Assembly (NCBI GenBank): GCA_905234535.1
Contig: CAJOII010000001.1
Location: forward strand, 5,148-69,147
From: an uncultured Ruminococcus sp.
GTDB lineage: Bacteria; Bacillota; Clostridia; Oscillospirales; Acutalibacteraceae
DNA: 64,000 nucleotides
Direction of reading: 5' to 3'
The notes under the pieces were generated by a model that searched no databases, was not told the origin of the DNA, and was given only the letters and a program-made list of their open reading frames with translations. Of the stretch, positions 1 to 9,882 are shown piece after piece (position 1 is the first letter of the stretch; every line of letters starts with the position of its first letter). The position numbers were made by a program, and so were the translations under genes.

Positions 1-95
1 AAATAACTCTTTCTCACCGCGGAGAGGATGTCATCGTGGAGATCGATGCTGTCTCTCTGGACAAGACGAATGTTATAAAAATATCGGATACTCAT
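1..95 (-). CDS. 5' end of an unidentified gene running off the left edge (MSIRYFYNIRLVQRDSIDLHDDILSAVRKSY...)
   Basis: ATG at 95..93 preceded by AAGGAAAG Shine-Dalgarno-like motif; frame open to window edge; too short to assign. Confidence 0.3.
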   Translation of the reverse strand, partial: MSIRYFYNIRLVQRDSIDLHDDILSAVRKSY

Positions 96-163
96 ACTGA
101 TCTTTCCTTAAGAAATGGGAACCGGACACAGCGCCGGCTCCCATCTTTTGTTCTATAAACTGT

Positions 164-1144
164 TTAGATAGAGACTTCCTTCGCGACCTCGTAGAGGTGG
201 GTATCAAACTCACGGGGCATATCCAGCGCCTCGGTGATGTCAAGGTCGACGATCTTGCCGGCGCGCGACGCGACGACGCGGGAGGTCTGCTCGCCCTTTT
301 CGATGCCCGCCTTGAGGATATCTACCGCCGCAACGCCCATCGCGGTCGCCATCAGGCGGTCTCTTAAGGTCGGGGATCCGCCGCGCTGCACATGACCCAA
401 GATGGTGGCTCTGGTCTCGATGCCGGTTCTCTGCTCGATATACTTCGCCTTGTCGATGACGCCGCCGACGCCCTCTGCGATGACGATGATGAAGTGCTTC
501 TTGCCGGTCGCCTTCTGCTCATAGATGCGTGAGATGACATCTCTCTCGATATCGTATCTGACCTCGGGAACCAGGATTGCGGTCGCGCCGACTGCTATAC
601 CGGTCTGCAGCGCGATATCGCCGCAGCGTCTGCCCATGACCTCAATCACGGAGCAGCGGTCGTGAGACTGGGCGGTGTCACGGATGCGGTCAATCATATC
701 GAGCGCGGTGTTCATCGCCGTATCAAAGCCGACGGTATAGTCGGTGCAGGCGATGTCGTTGTCAATCGTGCCGGGGATACCGACACAGGCGATTCCCTGC
801 GCGGCGAGCTCGCGCGCGCCCTTGAAGGAACCGTCGCCGCCGATAACGACCAAACCCTCGATGCCGAGGCTTCTGCAGAATTCTGCCGCCTGCTTCACAC
901 CCTCGGGAGTCGCATATTCGGCAGAACGCGCTGTGTACAAGATGGTGCCGCCTCTGCCGATAATATCGGAAACAGAACGCAGGTTGAGCTCTTTGCAGTC
1001 GTTATTCAAAAGACCGTTGTAGCCTCTGTAAATGCCGTAAACACGGAATCCGTTAAAGATACCCGCTCGAACGACCGCTCTGACCGCTGCGTTCATACCG
1101 GGAGCGTCGCCGCCGCTGGTCAATACCGCAATTGATTTTTCCAT
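164..1144 (-). CDS. pfkA: ATP-dependent 6-phosphofructokinase
   Basis: 326 aa; N-terminal LTSGGDAPGMNAA and GGDGS motifs, TIDND and MGR motifs typical of PfkA. Confidence 0.95.
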   Translation of the reverse strand: MEKSIAVLTSGGDAPGMNAAVRAVVRAGIFNGFRVYGIYRGYNGLLNNDCKELNLRSVSDIIGRGGTILYTARSAEYATPEGVKQAAEFCRSLGIEGLVVIGGDGSFKGARELAAQGIACVGIPGTIDNDIACTDYTVGFDTAMNTALDMIDRIRDTAQSHDRCSVIEVMGRRCGDIALQTGIAVGATAILVPEVRYDIERDVISRIYEQKATGKKHFIIVIAEGVGGVIDKAKYIEQRTGIETRATILGHVQRGGSPTLRDRLMATAMGVAAVDILKAGIEKGEQTSRVVASRAGKIVDLDITEALDMPREFDTHLYEVAKEVSI

Positions 1145-1255
1145 AGTGTAATCCTCCTTCGAGTGTAAAATATGATATATACATTTATTATAATAAACCG
1201 TATAAAAATAATCAAGTGTTTTGTCGAAATAAACAAAAGTTTTTAGGGACTGCGC

Positions 1256-4200
1256 TTACCTGAATACTACATTGTCCTCGCCGAGCTGATAGACAAGCTC
1301 TTCCATCACGGTGTCGTTGAGCTTCGCCCACAAAGACGAGGGCGCAAGCATCCGGGTCTTTGAATCCGTCAGGTAGAAGACGACCTTGGTATTTCCATGG
1401 AAAATCTCCAAGAGGTTCTTGACCTTACGATATTTCTCACAGTCGAGGTTCTCGAGCCTGAGATAGAGCTTCGGCTCCTTTGGAGGGGTCAGTCTCGCCT
1501 TCTCGCGCTCTCTTAAGGCATCCGGTTCGGGCAGGATCGTGACGCGCTCAGCGATCACCTTCGGCTCTTCGTCCTCTTTGAATGAGAGCGTTCCCTCGAC
1601 ATCGAGCACCGCGCCGACATAGAGCGACCCTCTTATGGCGCTCATCGCCTCGGGGAACACGATCATCTCCATACTGCCCGATCGATCCTCAATATCGGCG
1701 AACGCCATCATCTTGTTCGACTTGGTCATCTGGCTCTTATGCTTCGTAACGATACAGACAAGCCTGACGCGGTCTTTGTCGTGATGAGCGGTGTTCTCGC
1801 TGACGATTCCGCCGATAGGATCTGCGCCGACACGATCTGCATATGCTTTATATTCGTCGATCGGATGACCGCTTAAATACATACCGGTCATCTCTTTCTC
1901 CATATTCAAAAGATCCTTTAAGTCGAACTCATCCACCGGCTGGGTCATAAACGGCGGGTCGGGCGTAAAGTCCGCTCCCATATCGAAAAGCGATATCTGA
2001 CCTAACGAACCCTTTCTGCGCTGATACTCAAGATCGTCCATCAGCGCGGGCAGGGATAGGAGCATCTGGCGGCGGTTGGTGCCGAGATGATCCAAGGCGC
2101 CGCATTTGACGAGCGCCTCTAAACTCTTCTGGTTCAGCCCTCTGCCGTTTAGACGCTTTGCGAAATCATACATCGAGGTATAGTGCCCTCTCGTGCGCTC
2201 GCGGATGATCTCCGAGATCAGGTTCAGCCCTATGTTCTTGACAGCGGAGAGCCCAAAGCGGATGTTGTTGTTCGTCACCGTAAAGCGGCTCTCGCTCTCG
2301 TTGACGGACGGCGGCAGGACGGGAATATTCATCTTCCGGCACTCCGAGATATAGGAAGCGGTCTTGTTCTGGTTATCGATCACCGAGGACAGAAGCGCCG
2401 CCATATACTCGCGCTTATGGTGGCATTTGAGATACGCCGTGCGGAAGGTCACCGCGGAATACGCCGCGGCGTGGGACTTGTTGAACGCGTAGGACGCGAA
2501 GGTCTCCATCTGGGAGAAGATCCGCTCGGCGGTCTTCTCGTCCACCCCTCTTCTAAGACAGCCCTCCACCTCGACCGTGCCGTCGTCTCTTATCAGTCCG
2601 TGGATGAAGATGCGCTTCTCCTCCTCCATCACCTTGTGCTTTTTTTTGCTCATCGCGCGGCGCAGAATGTCCGCTCTGCCTAAGGAGTATCCCGCTAAGG
2701 AACGCGCGATCTGCATCACCTGCTCCTGATAGACGATACAGCCGTTGGTAACACAGAGGATCGGCTCGAGCAGCGGGTGCAGATATCGTATCTCCTCGGG
2801 ATGATTGCGATATCGGATATACTGCGGGATCGAATCCATCGGACCGGGCCGGTAGAGAGAGATCACCGCGATGATGTCCTCAAAAACTTTTGGCTTGACC
2901 TGGGTGAGGACATTCTTCATCCCGTTCGACTCCATCTGAAAGACGCCCTCGGTATCTCCCTGAGAGATCATCTTATAGGTCGCCTCGTCGCTGTAGTCGA
3001 TATCCTCGATCGAGAACGACGGATCCGTCTTCTGTATCAGAAGCTCCGCCTCGCGGATAACGGTGAGGTTGCGAAGCCCTAAGAAGTCCATCTTGAGGAG
3101 CCCGAGCTCCTCCAAGGTGGTCATCGTGTACTGGGTGAGCACCGCGTCGTCGGAACGGCTCAGGGGGACATAGTCAGAGACATCCCGATCGGTGATGACC
3201 ACACCCGCCGCGTGGACGGTGATGTGGCGCGGCATTCCCTCGATCCGCTTTGCCATATCGATCAGGCGATGGATCACGGGATCGGCGGTATAGAGCTTCG
3301 AAAGCTGTGAAGAGACCGAGAGCGCCTTGTCGATCGTGATGCCGAGCGAAAACGGGATGAGCTTCGCTACCTTGTCTACGGTGGCATACGGAATATCCAT
3401 CACCCTGCCGACATCGCGCACTGCCGCCTTCGGCTGAAAGGTGCCGAACGCGGCGATCTGGGCGACGCGCTCAGAGCCGTATTTTCTCGTGACATAGTCG
3501 ATGACCTCTCCCCTGCGCTCGGTGCAGAAGTCGACATCAAAGTCGGGCATCGAGACCCTCTCGGGGTTTAAGAATCGCTCAAAGAGCAGGTCGTAGCGGA
3601 TCGGGTCGATACCGGTGATCCCGATGCAGTAAGCGCATAAAGATCCGGCACCCGAGCCTCTGCCGGGGCCGACGGGGATCTGACGGCTTCTCGCGTAAGC
3701 GATGAAATCCGAAACGATCAGATAGTAGTCGACAAAGCCCATCTTCCTGATCACTGAGAGCTCATACTCAAGCCGCTGTATGATCTCGTCAGACGGGGAA
3801 TCACCGTATCTTCGGTACAATCCGTCAAAGCATTGTTTCCTGAAGTATTCGTAGCGATCCTCGCCGTTCGGGGTGGCAAAATCGGGCAGCTTGCGTTCGC
3901 CGAAGACGATCTCAACATGGCACCTCTCAGCGATTTTTGCGGTGTTCTCTATCGCCTCAGGGTATGCTTTGAAGAGGTCTCTCATCTCCTCTTCGCTTTT
4001 TAAGTAGAATTCATCGGTCGCGAATTCTGCCTTATCATCGTCTGATAAGGTATGGTTCGTCTGGATGCAGAGGAGCACCTCGTGCATCCCGCTGTCTTCT
4101 TTTCTGATATAATGGCAGTCGTTGGTCGCGACCAAGGGAGCCTTGATCTCTTGGGCGATTCTGACGAGAGACGACAGGATCCGCTTCTGTTCTTCGATGC

Positions 4201-4732
4201 CGTGATCCTGCAGCTCGATGAAGAAGTTCTGTCTTCCGAACAGCTCCTGATAGAATCTCGCTTTCTCCAAAGCGCCCTGATAGTCATCTCTGAGTAATCT
4301 CTTCGGGATCTCTCCCGAGAGGCACGCGGAAAGACAGATCAGCCCTTCGTGATATTTCTTCAGCAGGTCATCATCGATCCTCGGCTTCTGATAGAATCCC
4401 TCGGTAAAGCCCAAGGAGACGAGCTTGATGAGATTCTGATAGCCTTGATCGTTCTCGCACAAGAGCACCATATGATAGTACTCGCGGTCAAGCTCATACA
4501 CCTTGTCAAAGCGCGACCGCGGCGCGACATACACCTCACAGCCGATGATCGGGTTGATCCCCGCTTTCTTACATTCTCTGTAAAAATCAATCACACCGTA
4601 CATCACGCCGTGGTCGGTGATCGCAAGCGACGACTGACCGAGGCTTTTCGCATACGAAACCAGCTCGCCGATGCGGCACGCGCCGTCAAGCAAGCTGTAC
4701 TGGGTATGCAGATGCAGGTGTGTAAATGACAT
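1256..4732 (-). CDS. dnaE: DNA polymerase III alpha subunit (DnaE type)
   Basis: 1158 aa; PHP-domain start HLHLHTQYSLLDGA; full-length pol IIIa architecture without PolC-type exonuclease insert. Confidence 0.95.
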   Translation of the reverse strand: MSFTHLHLHTQYSLLDGACRIGELVSYAKSLGQSSLAITDHGVMYGVIDFYRECKKAGINPIIGCEVYVAPRSRFDKVYELDREYYHMVLLCENDQGYQNLIKLVSLGFTEGFYQKPRIDDDLLKKYHEGLICLSACLSGEIPKRLLRDDYQGALEKARFYQELFGRQNFFIELQDHGIEEQKRILSSLVRIAQEIKAPLVATNDCHYIRKEDSGMHEVLLCIQTNHTLSDDDKAEFATDEFYLKSEEEMRDLFKAYPEAIENTAKIAERCHVEIVFGERKLPDFATPNGEDRYEYFRKQCFDGLYRRYGDSPSDEIIQRLEYELSVIRKMGFVDYYLIVSDFIAYARSRQIPVGPGRGSGAGSLCAYCIGITGIDPIRYDLLFERFLNPERVSMPDFDVDFCTERRGEVIDYVTRKYGSERVAQIAAFGTFQPKAAVRDVGRVMDIPYATVDKVAKLIPFSLGITIDKALSVSSQLSKLYTADPVIHRLIDMAKRIEGMPRHITVHAAGVVITDRDVSDYVPLSRSDDAVLTQYTMTTLEELGLLKMDFLGLRNLTVIREAELLIQKTDPSFSIEDIDYSDEATYKMISQGDTEGVFQMESNGMKNVLTQVKPKVFEDIIAVISLYRPGPMDSIPQYIRYRNHPEEIRYLHPLLEPILCVTNGCIVYQEQVMQIARSLAGYSLGRADILRRAMSKKKHKVMEEEKRIFIHGLIRDDGTVEVEGCLRRGVDEKTAERIFSQMETFASYAFNKSHAAAYSAVTFRTAYLKCHHKREYMAALLSSVIDNQNKTASYISECRKMNIPVLPPSVNESESRFTVTNNNIRFGLSAVKNIGLNLISEIIRERTRGHYTSMYDFAKRLNGRGLNQKSLEALVKCGALDHLGTNRRQMLLSLPALMDDLEYQRRKGSLGQISLFDMGADFTPDPPFMTQPVDEFDLKDLLNMEKEMTGMYLSGHPIDEYKAYADRVGADPIGGIVSENTAHHDKDRVRLVCIVTKHKSQMTKSNKMMAFADIEDRSGSMEMIVFPEAMSAIRGSLYVGAVLDVEGTLSFKEDEEPKVIAERVTILPEPDALREREKARLTPPKEPKLYLRLENLDCEKYRKVKNLLEIFHGNTKVVFYLTDSKTRMLAPSSLWAKLNDTVMEELVYQLGEDNVVFR

Positions 4733-4738
4733 GGTTCG

Positions 4739-5938
4739 TTATCCTTTTTTCAAGACTTGGGCTTCGATCCCGCCGTCTGAGAGGGTGACGGAGATCATAT
4801 CGCCGATCCCGACATCTTCAGATGACAAGAGTACCCTGTGATCCTTCTCAACATAAGCGTAGCCGCGCTTTAATGTCGAGAGGGGGTTCAGCGCCTCGGC
4901 TTTTGAGAGCAGCTCGATATAATGCTTGCGGGCAAGCTCGATGTTCTTGTGCTCAAGGAGCTTCATCCGAGCAGCGATATCGTCGAGCTTACTCAGCCGA
5001 TACCTCGCCTTCTGCGTCGGAGAATAAGCGTCGGTCAGCTTCATGTATCGGGAGAGCGCCTCTCCTTTTCGGCGAAATTTCGCGTCCATCAGCGATGAGA
5101 GATACTGTCTCGTGCCGCTTAAACTGTCTCTGAGCTCTTTCTGATCGGGTACCGCGAGCTCCGCAGCAGCGGAGGGAGTAGGCGCCCTGAGATCCGAGAC
5201 AAAGTCACAGATCGTAAAATCCGTCTCATGCCCCACAGCGGAGATCACCGGCACCTCACAGCTATAGATTGCTCTCGCGAGCCCCTCGTCGTTGAACGCC
5301 CAGAGATCCTCGATTGAGCCGCCGCCTCTGCCGATGATCACGACATCGGCGCACTTCGATTGGGAAAAGGTGTTGATCGCTCTGATCAGTCCCTCGGGAG
5401 CGGATTCTCCCTGCACGAGCACGGGATAGAGCACCATCTTCGCGTACGGATATCTGCGCGTCAATATGTTGATGATATCCTGCACCGCTGCGCCTGTCGG
5501 CGAGGTGATGATGCCGACAGCGGTCGGGAATCTCGGAATCGGCTTCTTGTGAGACGCAGAGAACAAGCCCTCTTTCTCTAATTTTGCCTTGAGCTGTTCG
5601 AGCTGAATGGTCAAGGCGCCGACGCCGTCGGGCTGCATATCCTCGACATACAGCTGATACTGCCCCGTCGGCTCATAGAGACTCACCCGCGCCCTGACGA
5701 TCACCTTCATCCCGCTCTGAGGATGAAACCGAAGGCGTTTCGCGAACGAGGAGAACATCACCGCCGAGACGACGCTCCTCTGATCCTTCAAAGAGAAGTA
5801 GATATGCCCGCTCGCGTAGTGATCCTTGAGGTTCGAGATCTCGCCCTCCACCAGCACGGTCTTGAGGTTGTCGTCGTTCTCAAAGATGGATTTGATATAA
5901 AAATTCAGTTGTGATACGGTTATAATTTTCGGAATCAT
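4739..5938 (-). CDS. xseA: Exodeoxyribonuclease VII large subunit
   Basis: 399 aa; N-terminal OB-fold region and IGRGGGSIEDLWAFNDE motif characteristic of XseA. Confidence 0.9.
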   Translation of the reverse strand: MIPKIITVSQLNFYIKSIFENDDNLKTVLVEGEISNLKDHYASGHIYFSLKDQRSVVSAVMFSSFAKRLRFHPQSGMKVIVRARVSLYEPTGQYQLYVEDMQPDGVGALTIQLEQLKAKLEKEGLFSASHKKPIPRFPTAVGIITSPTGAAVQDIINILTRRYPYAKMVLYPVLVQGESAPEGLIRAINTFSQSKCADVVIIGRGGGSIEDLWAFNDEGLARAIYSCEVPVISAVGHETDFTICDFVSDLRAPTPSAAAELAVPDQKELRDSLSGTRQYLSSLMDAKFRRKGEALSRYMKLTDAYSPTQKARYRLSKLDDIAARMKLLEHKNIELARKHYIELLSKAEALNPLSTLKRGYAYVEKDHRVLLSSEDVGIGDMISVTLSDGGIEAQVLKKG

Positions 5939-6108
5939 TTATCAGTTCTCTGTTCTCAGTTCTCAGTTGTCAGCTGTAGGGCAAGATGCCCGCGACTTAC
6001 CGCAAGGCCTCCTGCGCCTTTGCGCCCTACAATATAATTGTCCGAGCGCAGCGAGTATCCGTCACTCTTAGCTCTTAGCTCTTAACTCTTCACTCAAATA
6101 TATATCAT
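5939..6108. repeat. Mosaic intergenic repeat, modules Q-P-C-D-E (archetype copy)
   Basis: CAGTTNT heptamer array, GTAGGGC...GCCCTAC hairpin, ATTGTCCGAGCGCAGCGAGT, CTCTTAG heptamer array, TCATT-rich tail; same modules recur at >=9 other gaps. Confidence 0.85.
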
Positions 6109-7044
6109 TTATCTTTTCACATTCCCGATCGCCGAGAGCACCGCGATCCCCGCGGCGTTGTCGGATGAGAACTCAGGCTTTGAGAAGAAACAGCAGAAGC
6201 GTTCTTCCATCTCCTGACGGATGATCTTGTCCGACATCACCCCGCCCGCGAACACGAGCGGCGTATCGGGATATTTTTCGGTGATCTTTTCTGTCATCAT
6301 AGAAAGGGTACAGAGTACATACTCGATCGCATAGCGCGCGATATAGGCGTCGTCTCTGCCCTCGTCCTTTAATTTCTTGCACAGGTTCTCGCCGCCCGAG
6401 AGGCAGCAGTCAAAGCCTTTGAGGGTAGGTCTTGTCTTGATCTTCTCATCACATAACAGCGCGAGCCGCTCAAGCTCCCTGCCGCACGGAAAGGACAGCC
6501 CCAGCATCACCCCGACACGATCGATCAGCTGACCCGCGTTCAGGTCAAGCGTCCTCGCGATCGGCTCGGTCGAGAGAAATTCGTCGCGGCCGTTGACGAG
6601 GAGCGCCTCGGTCGTGCCGCCGCTGATATGAAAGGCGATATGGCGCTTGTCGATCAGATCAAGTCTGCCGATATTGTACAGAGCCGCCGCGATATGCCCC
6701 TGCTGATGAGAGAAACGATAAAGCGGAACCTTCAAAGCGGCAGAGAGCATCTCTGCCGCAGAGACCCCTACGGTAAAGCACGGCATATAAGATCCCTCCG
6801 CTGTCCTCGGCGCAGAAGACACGCCGATCGCGTCAATCTTACCCTGAAACCCATCGAACGCTTCTTTGATCAATATAGGTAGCTGCTGTGTGTGATGAAA
6901 GACCGCGTCGCTCTGTCTGAGGCCCTTCTCCCCTTTTCTGACGGGAAGGAGCCTTCGGACAGAGATCACTTCATTCGATTGATCATCATAGATACACACC
7001 GAAGTGGTGTAGTTCGAGGTATCGATCCCTAAGGTACAGCTCAT
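6109..7044 (-). CDS. Kae1/TsaD-family (peptidase M22/glycoprotease-like) protein
   Basis: 311 aa; GIDTSNYTTS N-terminus and HQQGHI (HxxGH) metal-binding-like motif; ASKHA fold pattern. Confidence 0.7.
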   Translation of the reverse strand: MSCTLGIDTSNYTTSVCIYDDQSNEVISVRRLLPVRKGEKGLRQSDAVFHHTQQLPILIKEAFDGFQGKIDAIGVSSAPRTAEGSYMPCFTVGVSAAEMLSAALKVPLYRFSHQQGHIAAALYNIGRLDLIDKRHIAFHISGGTTEALLVNGRDEFLSTEPIARTLDLNAGQLIDRVGVMLGLSFPCGRELERLALLCDEKIKTRPTLKGFDCCLSGGENLCKKLKDEGRDDAYIARYAIEYVLCTLSMMTEKITEKYPDTPLVFAGGVMSDKIIRQEMEERFCCFFSKPEFSSDNAAGIAVLSAIGNVKR

Positions 7045-7514
7045 AGCGACTTCGCCGCCGCGCCCAGGAGGCCGTTGATGAAAGCTGTATCCTCATCCGC
7101 CGCATATTTCTTTGAAAGCTCGACCGCCTCGTTGATCGAGACAGAAACAGGGATCTCTTCGAGATAGAGCATCTCGTACAGGGCGACCCTCAGGATCGCA
7201 AGCGCCGCTTTGGAGATGCGGCTGATCTTCCAGCCTTTCTTGAGGTTATCGCTGATCACCTTATCGATCTCTTCTCTGTGTTCGATAATCCCCTTCGCGC
7301 ATGAGACCGCGTAGTCGGAGAGAAAGACATCTCTCGCGTCGAGCGCGTTGTCGATCAACTCGTCGATATCCGTATCGGAGAACAAGGTCTCGAAGCTTAA
7401 GATAAACGCCTGCTCGCGCATCTTGTAGCGCGAGATTTTGTTGCGATCCTTCTCGCTGACAGCGTTCATTTCTTCTTCGTTCGGTATGATATTCTCGGTT
7501 GAAGGTTCACTCAT
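7041..7514 (-). CDS. nusB: Transcription antitermination factor NusB
   Basis: 157 aa; NusB-like helical protein with LRVALYEMLY motif; 4-nt overlap with downstream gene. Confidence 0.85.
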   Translation of the reverse strand: MSEPSTENIIPNEEEMNAVSEKDRNKISRYKMREQAFILSFETLFSDTDIDELIDNALDARDVFLSDYAVSCAKGIIEHREEIDKVISDNLKKGWKISRISKAALAILRVALYEMLYLEEIPVSVSINEAVELSKKYAADEDTAFINGLLGAAAKSL

Positions 7515-7734
7515 CTATATCCACCTCGCATATTTAATCACATTAATTATATCACAAAAGAGCGGCTTTGTAAATAAAACAAATCCGGTTTCTGACAGAA
7601 AACTTGCTTTTGAATAGAATACTATCAGAGAAGTTTCTTTGACCCGAAAGATAAATATCGACAAGCAGGATAAAAAACGGATATTCACTCTCTAAAAGTG
7701 ACAACATTTTCATCAAAAAACTTGTCTTTCCCTG

Positions 7735-7763
7735 TTGTCATCCTAAGAAAAAAGTGTTAAAAT
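7735..7763 (+). promoter_or_regulatory. Candidate sigma-A promoter of the pullulanase gene
   Basis: TTGTCA - 17 nt - TAAAAT with TG at the extended -10 position, ~40 nt upstream of the start codon. Confidence 0.5.
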
Positions 7764-7805
7764 AGCAAAGGCTACGAAAACTTCGTCAATGATTGAGGTA
7801 TCACC

Positions 7806-9827
7806 ATGAGCAGAGCGTTTTATTCTAACAGCACTGAGAACTATAAGACATATGACGGTTCTGATTTAGGATTTACTTATACAGCAGAGCATACCACCTT
7901 CAAGGTCTGGGCTCCCTCTTCGGAGCAGGTCCTCTTAAAGCTGTATTCCACAGGCTCCTTTCACGAGAGAAACGCGCAGGTCTTAGGCATCAAGCAGATG
8001 AACTTTGACCCGATGACCGGCGTATGGAGCGCAACGGTAGACGGTAACCTGAACCGCACTTACTACACCTATGTTATCAAGAACGAATCCGGCACGCACG
8101 AAACGCAGGATGTCTACTCCAAGGCCGCAGGCGTCAACTCCGCCCGTTCGATGGTCGTCGATCTCAGATCCACCGACCCCGAGGGATGGGAGAATGACCG
8201 CCGCGTACTGCTTGACTCTCCGAATGAAGCGATTGTCTGGGAGGTTCATGTCAGAGACTTCTCCTCCTCCGACACCTCCGGCGTGACCCGCCAGCACAGA
8301 GGCAAGTTCTTGGCATTTACCGAGAAGGATACCTGTGTGCCGTTTACCGACTATCCCACCTGTGTCAAGTATCTCAAAGAACTCGGCATCACCCATGTAC
8401 AGCTCAACCCCGTCTTCGACTTCGGCTCTGTCGATGAAGAGACCGGCGTGGAGTATAACTGGGGCTATGATCCCGTCAACTACAATGTCCCCGAGGGCTC
8501 GTACTCTACCGATCCGTATCACGGTGAGGTGAGGATCAGAGAGTTCAAGGAGATGGTCAAGGCGCTCCACGAGGAGGGCATCGGCGTGATCATGGATGTG
8601 GTATACAACCATGTCTTCTCAACCGCCTCCTCTCCCTTTGAGATGACGGTGCCGGGATACTACTTCAGGATGCAGAACGGCAAGTTCTTGAATTCCTCCG
8701 GCTGCGGCAATGTCACCGCTTCCGACAAATATATGTTCCGCAAATATATGATCGACTCGCTCAAGTACTGGGCGACAGAATATCATATCGACGGCTTCCG
8801 CTTTGATCTGATGGCGTGTCACGATATCGACACGATGAATATGATCCGCGAGGAGCTCGACAAGATTGACAAAAGGATCCTGATGTACGGCGAGCCGTGG
8901 ACCGCCAACGACGGCGAGAACGGCATCTCGGGCGAAGACTGCTGCAACAAGGTCAACGCGAAGAAGCTCTCTGACCGCATCGGAATGTTCAACGACGATA
9001 TGCGCCACGGCATCAAGGGCGGCTCCGACGACGACTCCAAGGGCTATATTCAGGGCAACACCCACTCTGCCTACAGCGTTATCGCGGGTATGATGGGCGC
9101 CTCGTCTACCACCTTCGGCAACTGGGCGAAAGCTCCCTCACAGTGCGTCACCTATGTCTCCGCTCACGACAACCTCACCCTGTGGGATAAGATCTTAAAG
9201 TCCAACTGGTGCAAAGACTACAACACCACCGACGAGATGTACTTAAGACAGAACAAGCTCGCCGCCGTGATGGTACTGCTCTCGATGGGCATCCCCTTCA
9301 TGCTCGCGGGAGAAGAGTTCGCGCGCACCAAAAAGGGCGACCATAACTCGTATAAGTCCCCCGACTCTGTCAACTCCATCGACTGGAAGAGAACCATCAC
9401 CTACAAGGAGCTCGTCGACTACTACAAGGGTCTCATCCGCCTGAGAAAGGCGTATTTCCCGATCAGGGACAACACCACCCAGTCCGTTAACGAGAGCTAT
9501 ATCGTCTATAACGGCAGAACCATCGCCGTCACCCATAAGAATGACCGCGAAGGCGAGCTGAAATATATGACCGTCGTCATCAACAACAGCCCCGACAACC
9601 CCTGCACGCCCGAGGTCAGGGCGCATTATGAGCTGCCGGCTGACGCCTATGTGCTGGTCAACAACAGAGTAGCCGGCGACAAGGCGGTCGCGGTCTACAA
9701 CAAAGAGAAGCCCATCTCTCCCCGCTCGGCGATCGTCATCACCGACAAGGAAACTTATGATCGCATCAACGGCGCAGATAATCAGACCCAGCCGGAGTTT
9801 GAGGACACGATCGAAGTAACAGAATAA
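7806..9827 (+). CDS. pulA: Type I pullulanase (GH13)
   Basis: 673 aa; N-terminal pullulanase CBM48-like region (FKVWAPS), GH13 regions DVVYNHV, GFRFDLM, YGEPW, YVSAHDN. Confidence 0.9.
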   Translation: MSRAFYSNSTENYKTYDGSDLGFTYTAEHTTFKVWAPSSEQVLLKLYSTGSFHERNAQVLGIKQMNFDPMTGVWSATVDGNLNRTYYTYVIKNESGTHETQDVYSKAAGVNSARSMVVDLRSTDPEGWENDRRVLLDSPNEAIVWEVHVRDFSSSDTSGVTRQHRGKFLAFTEKDTCVPFTDYPTCVKYLKELGITHVQLNPVFDFGSVDEETGVEYNWGYDPVNYNVPEGSYSTDPYHGEVRIREFKEMVKALHEEGIGVIMDVVYNHVFSTASSPFEMTVPGYYFRMQNGKFLNSSGCGNVTASDKYMFRKYMIDSLKYWATEYHIDGFRFDLMACHDIDTMNMIREELDKIDKRILMYGEPWTANDGENGISGEDCCNKVNAKKLSDRIGMFNDDMRHGIKGGSDDDSKGYIQGNTHSAYSVIAGMMGASSTTFGNWAKAPSQCVTYVSAHDNLTLWDKILKSNWCKDYNTTDEMYLRQNKLAAVMVLLSMGIPFMLAGEEFARTKKGDHNSYKSPDSVNSIDWKRTITYKELVDYYKGLIRLRKAYFPIRDNTTQSVNESYIVYNGRTIAVTHKNDREGELKYMTVVINNSPDNPCTPEVRAHYELPADAYVLVNNRVAGDKAVAVYNKEKPISPRSAIVITDKETYDRINGADNQTQPEFEDTIEVTE

Positions 9828-9882
9828 TCTTATTGATACACTTCTCTTTCGGGGAGTGTATCTTCATCGTAAAGGAGAAATA

